DNA of 6,466 nucleotides, taken from IMG/VR virus record IMGVR_UViG_2606217106_000014, positions 1-6,466 of that record. One strand, given 5' to 3'. The notes beneath the pieces were generated by a model. That model had not been told where the DNA came from. It saw only the letters and a list, made by a program, of their open reading frames with translations, and did no database searches. Numbering within the stretch: position 1 is the first letter of the stretch; each line of letters opens with the position of its first letter. The stretch comes from a virus. Taxonomy: Duplodnaviria > Heunggongvirae > Uroviricota > Caudoviricetes. Position numbers and translations under genes: made by a program. Shown in pieces: positions 5,153 through 6,466 of this stretch.

Positions 5153-6466
5153 ATGGCATTTAAACACTATGACGTGGTCAGGGCGGCGTCGCCGTCAGAC
5201 CTTGCGGAGCGACTGACACAAAAACTGAAGGAAGGCTGGCAGCCGTTTGGCAGTCCTGTGGCTATCACGCCTTATACACTGATGCAGGCCATTGCCGCAG
5301 AGGGTGATGTGACCACGCCTGTGGTTGTGCCCGACACAGGGGCTGGTGGCTCTCCGGGAGTGGCTACCACTGAACCGGAGTATTACTACGTTATTCCCCA
5401 GGCCGGGCAGTCGAACGGTATGGCCTATGGTGAGGGGCTTCCTCTGCCGGAGACCTATGATCGCCCTGACTCCCGTATTAAGCAGCTGGCCCGTCGCAGC
5501 ACTGTGACGCCGGGTGGTGATACCTGTGCATACAATGACGTTATTCCGGCAGACCACTGTCTGCATGATGTTCAGGACATGAGCGCACTTAACCATCCTC
5601 ATGCAGACCTGAGTAAGGGCCAGTACGGGACTGTCGGTCAGGGGCTGCATATTGCCAAAAAACTGCTGCCTTATATCCCGCAGAATGCCGGGATTCTTCT
5701 GGTGCCCTGTTGCCGTGGCGGGTCTGGTTTAACCGTGGGTAATGACGGCACGTTCAGCGAAACGTCTGGCGCATCGGCAAATTCAGCCCGCTGGGGAGTG
5801 GGTAAACCGCTGTATCAGGATTTTCTCTTCCGTACAAAAGCGGCGCTGTCGAAGAACCCGAAAAACAGGCTTCTGGCCGTGGTATGGATGCAGGGGGAAA
5901 ATGATCTTGCGGACGGCAGTCAGCAGCACAGCGGCCTGTTTACCACTATGGTGCAGCAGTTCAGGGCTGATATGGCTGCATATTCTGCACAGTGTGTTGG
6001 CGGAAGTGCTGGCTCGGTGCCGTGGATTTGTGGTGACACCACGTATTACTGGAAGAATCTTAACGCCGATAAATATGAGGCGGTATATGGCGGTTACAAG
6101 GGCAGGGAAGCACAGAATATTTTCTTTGTTCCTTTTATGACGGATGAGAATGGACAGAGCACGCCAACGAATGCTCCGGCGGAAGACCCGGATATTGTGG
6201 CTGTCGGGTATTACGGTGCAGCATCCCGAACCCAGGGCAGTTTTGTTTCGACACAGCGTGACAGCCATTTCAGCTCATGGGCACGCAGGGGCGTCATTTC
6301 AGACCGTCTGGCCTCAGCTATTATGCTCCATGCAGGGCGCACGGCTGAATTGATGCGCGGGCAGACCGTGACACCACCGGATGAGAAGCCGTCACCTGAT
6401 ACACCATCAAAACCGTCCACGCCACCCGCAGACACCACGACGATGAGTACGCTATTTGCTTACCGG
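5153..6466 (+). CDS. nanS-p: NanS-p-type prophage sialate O-acetylesterase (DUF1737 N-domain + SASA/SGNH esterase domain), 5' partial - runs off window end
   Basis: Not in the ORF track because there is no stop in the window; 438 codons open from ATG 5153 (RBS GGGAGGA) to 6466. Translation MAFKHYDVVRAASPSDLAERLTQKLKEGWQPFGSPVAITPYTLMQAIAAEG... then YYYVIPQAGQSNGMAYGEG (GQSN catalytic-serine block), and a Pro/Thr-rich linker TPPDEKPSPDTPSKPSTPPADTTT near the window end. Confidence 0.85.
   Translation, partial: MAFKHYDVVRAASPSDLAERLTQKLKEGWQPFGSPVAITPYTLMQAIAAEGDVTTPVVVPDTGAGGSPGVATTEPEYYYVIPQAGQSNGMAYGEGLPLPETYDRPDSRIKQLARRSTVTPGGDTCAYNDVIPADHCLHDVQDMSALNHPHADLSKGQYGTVGQGLHIAKKLLPYIPQNAGILLVPCCRGGSGLTVGNDGTFSETSGASANSARWGVGKPLYQDFLFRTKAALSKNPKNRLLAVVWMQGENDLADGSQQHSGLFTTMVQQFRADMAAYSAQCVGGSAGSVPWICGDTTYYWKNLNADKYEAVYGGYKGREAQNIFFVPFMTDENGQSTPTNAPAEDPDIVAVGYYGAASRTQGSFVSTQRDSHFSSWARRGVISDRLASAIMLHAGRTAELMRGQTVTPPDEKPSPDTPSKPSTPPADTTTMSTLFAYR

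Noticed and set aside
5195-6438. ORFs 5195..5650 (-), 5325..5507 (+), 5742..6140 (+), 5783..6268 (-), 6144..6353 (+), 6211..6438 (-)
   Set aside because: All out-of-frame or antisense within the nanS-p reading frame, which is open for 438 codons and carries the DUF1737 and GQSN esterase signatures.
1-6466. CRISPR array, integrase or attachment site, toxin-antitoxin pair, complete defence operon
   Set aside because: Looked for spaced direct repeats and characteristic gene pairs; none seen. The only direct repeats are the two 10-bp copies at 342-368 and the duplicated TGTGGTAAAT promoter core.

Overview
This window reads as the late-regulatory region of a lambdoid (Stx-phage-like) enterobacterial prophage, all on the + strand except an IS fragment at the left edge. 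Order: partial IS transposase OrfA (minus strand) and IS end; nin-region genes (DUF968 protein, RusA resolvase, lambda-family antiterminator Q with rusA/Q start-stop overlap); a lambda-like pR'/qut site and short tR' terminator; a small ORF bracketed by terminators; an orphan beta-class N6-adenine DNA methyltransferase; three phage tRNAs (Ile2-CAU, Arg-UCG-like, Arg-UCU); a ~500 bp hairpin-rich noncoding segment; and the 5' part of a NanS-p-type sialate O-acetylesterase running off the window. No Shiga toxin genes are present in the slot where Stx phages carry stxAB. No complete novel multi-gene system (e.g. a defence operon) is supportable from the sequence. The most interesting points are the toxin-less cargo slot with a candidate antisense small RNA, the late-operon orphan methyltransferase with its upstream palindromes, and the non-canonical phage tRNAs. 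All homology statements come from reading the translations and motifs by eye; no database search was run.
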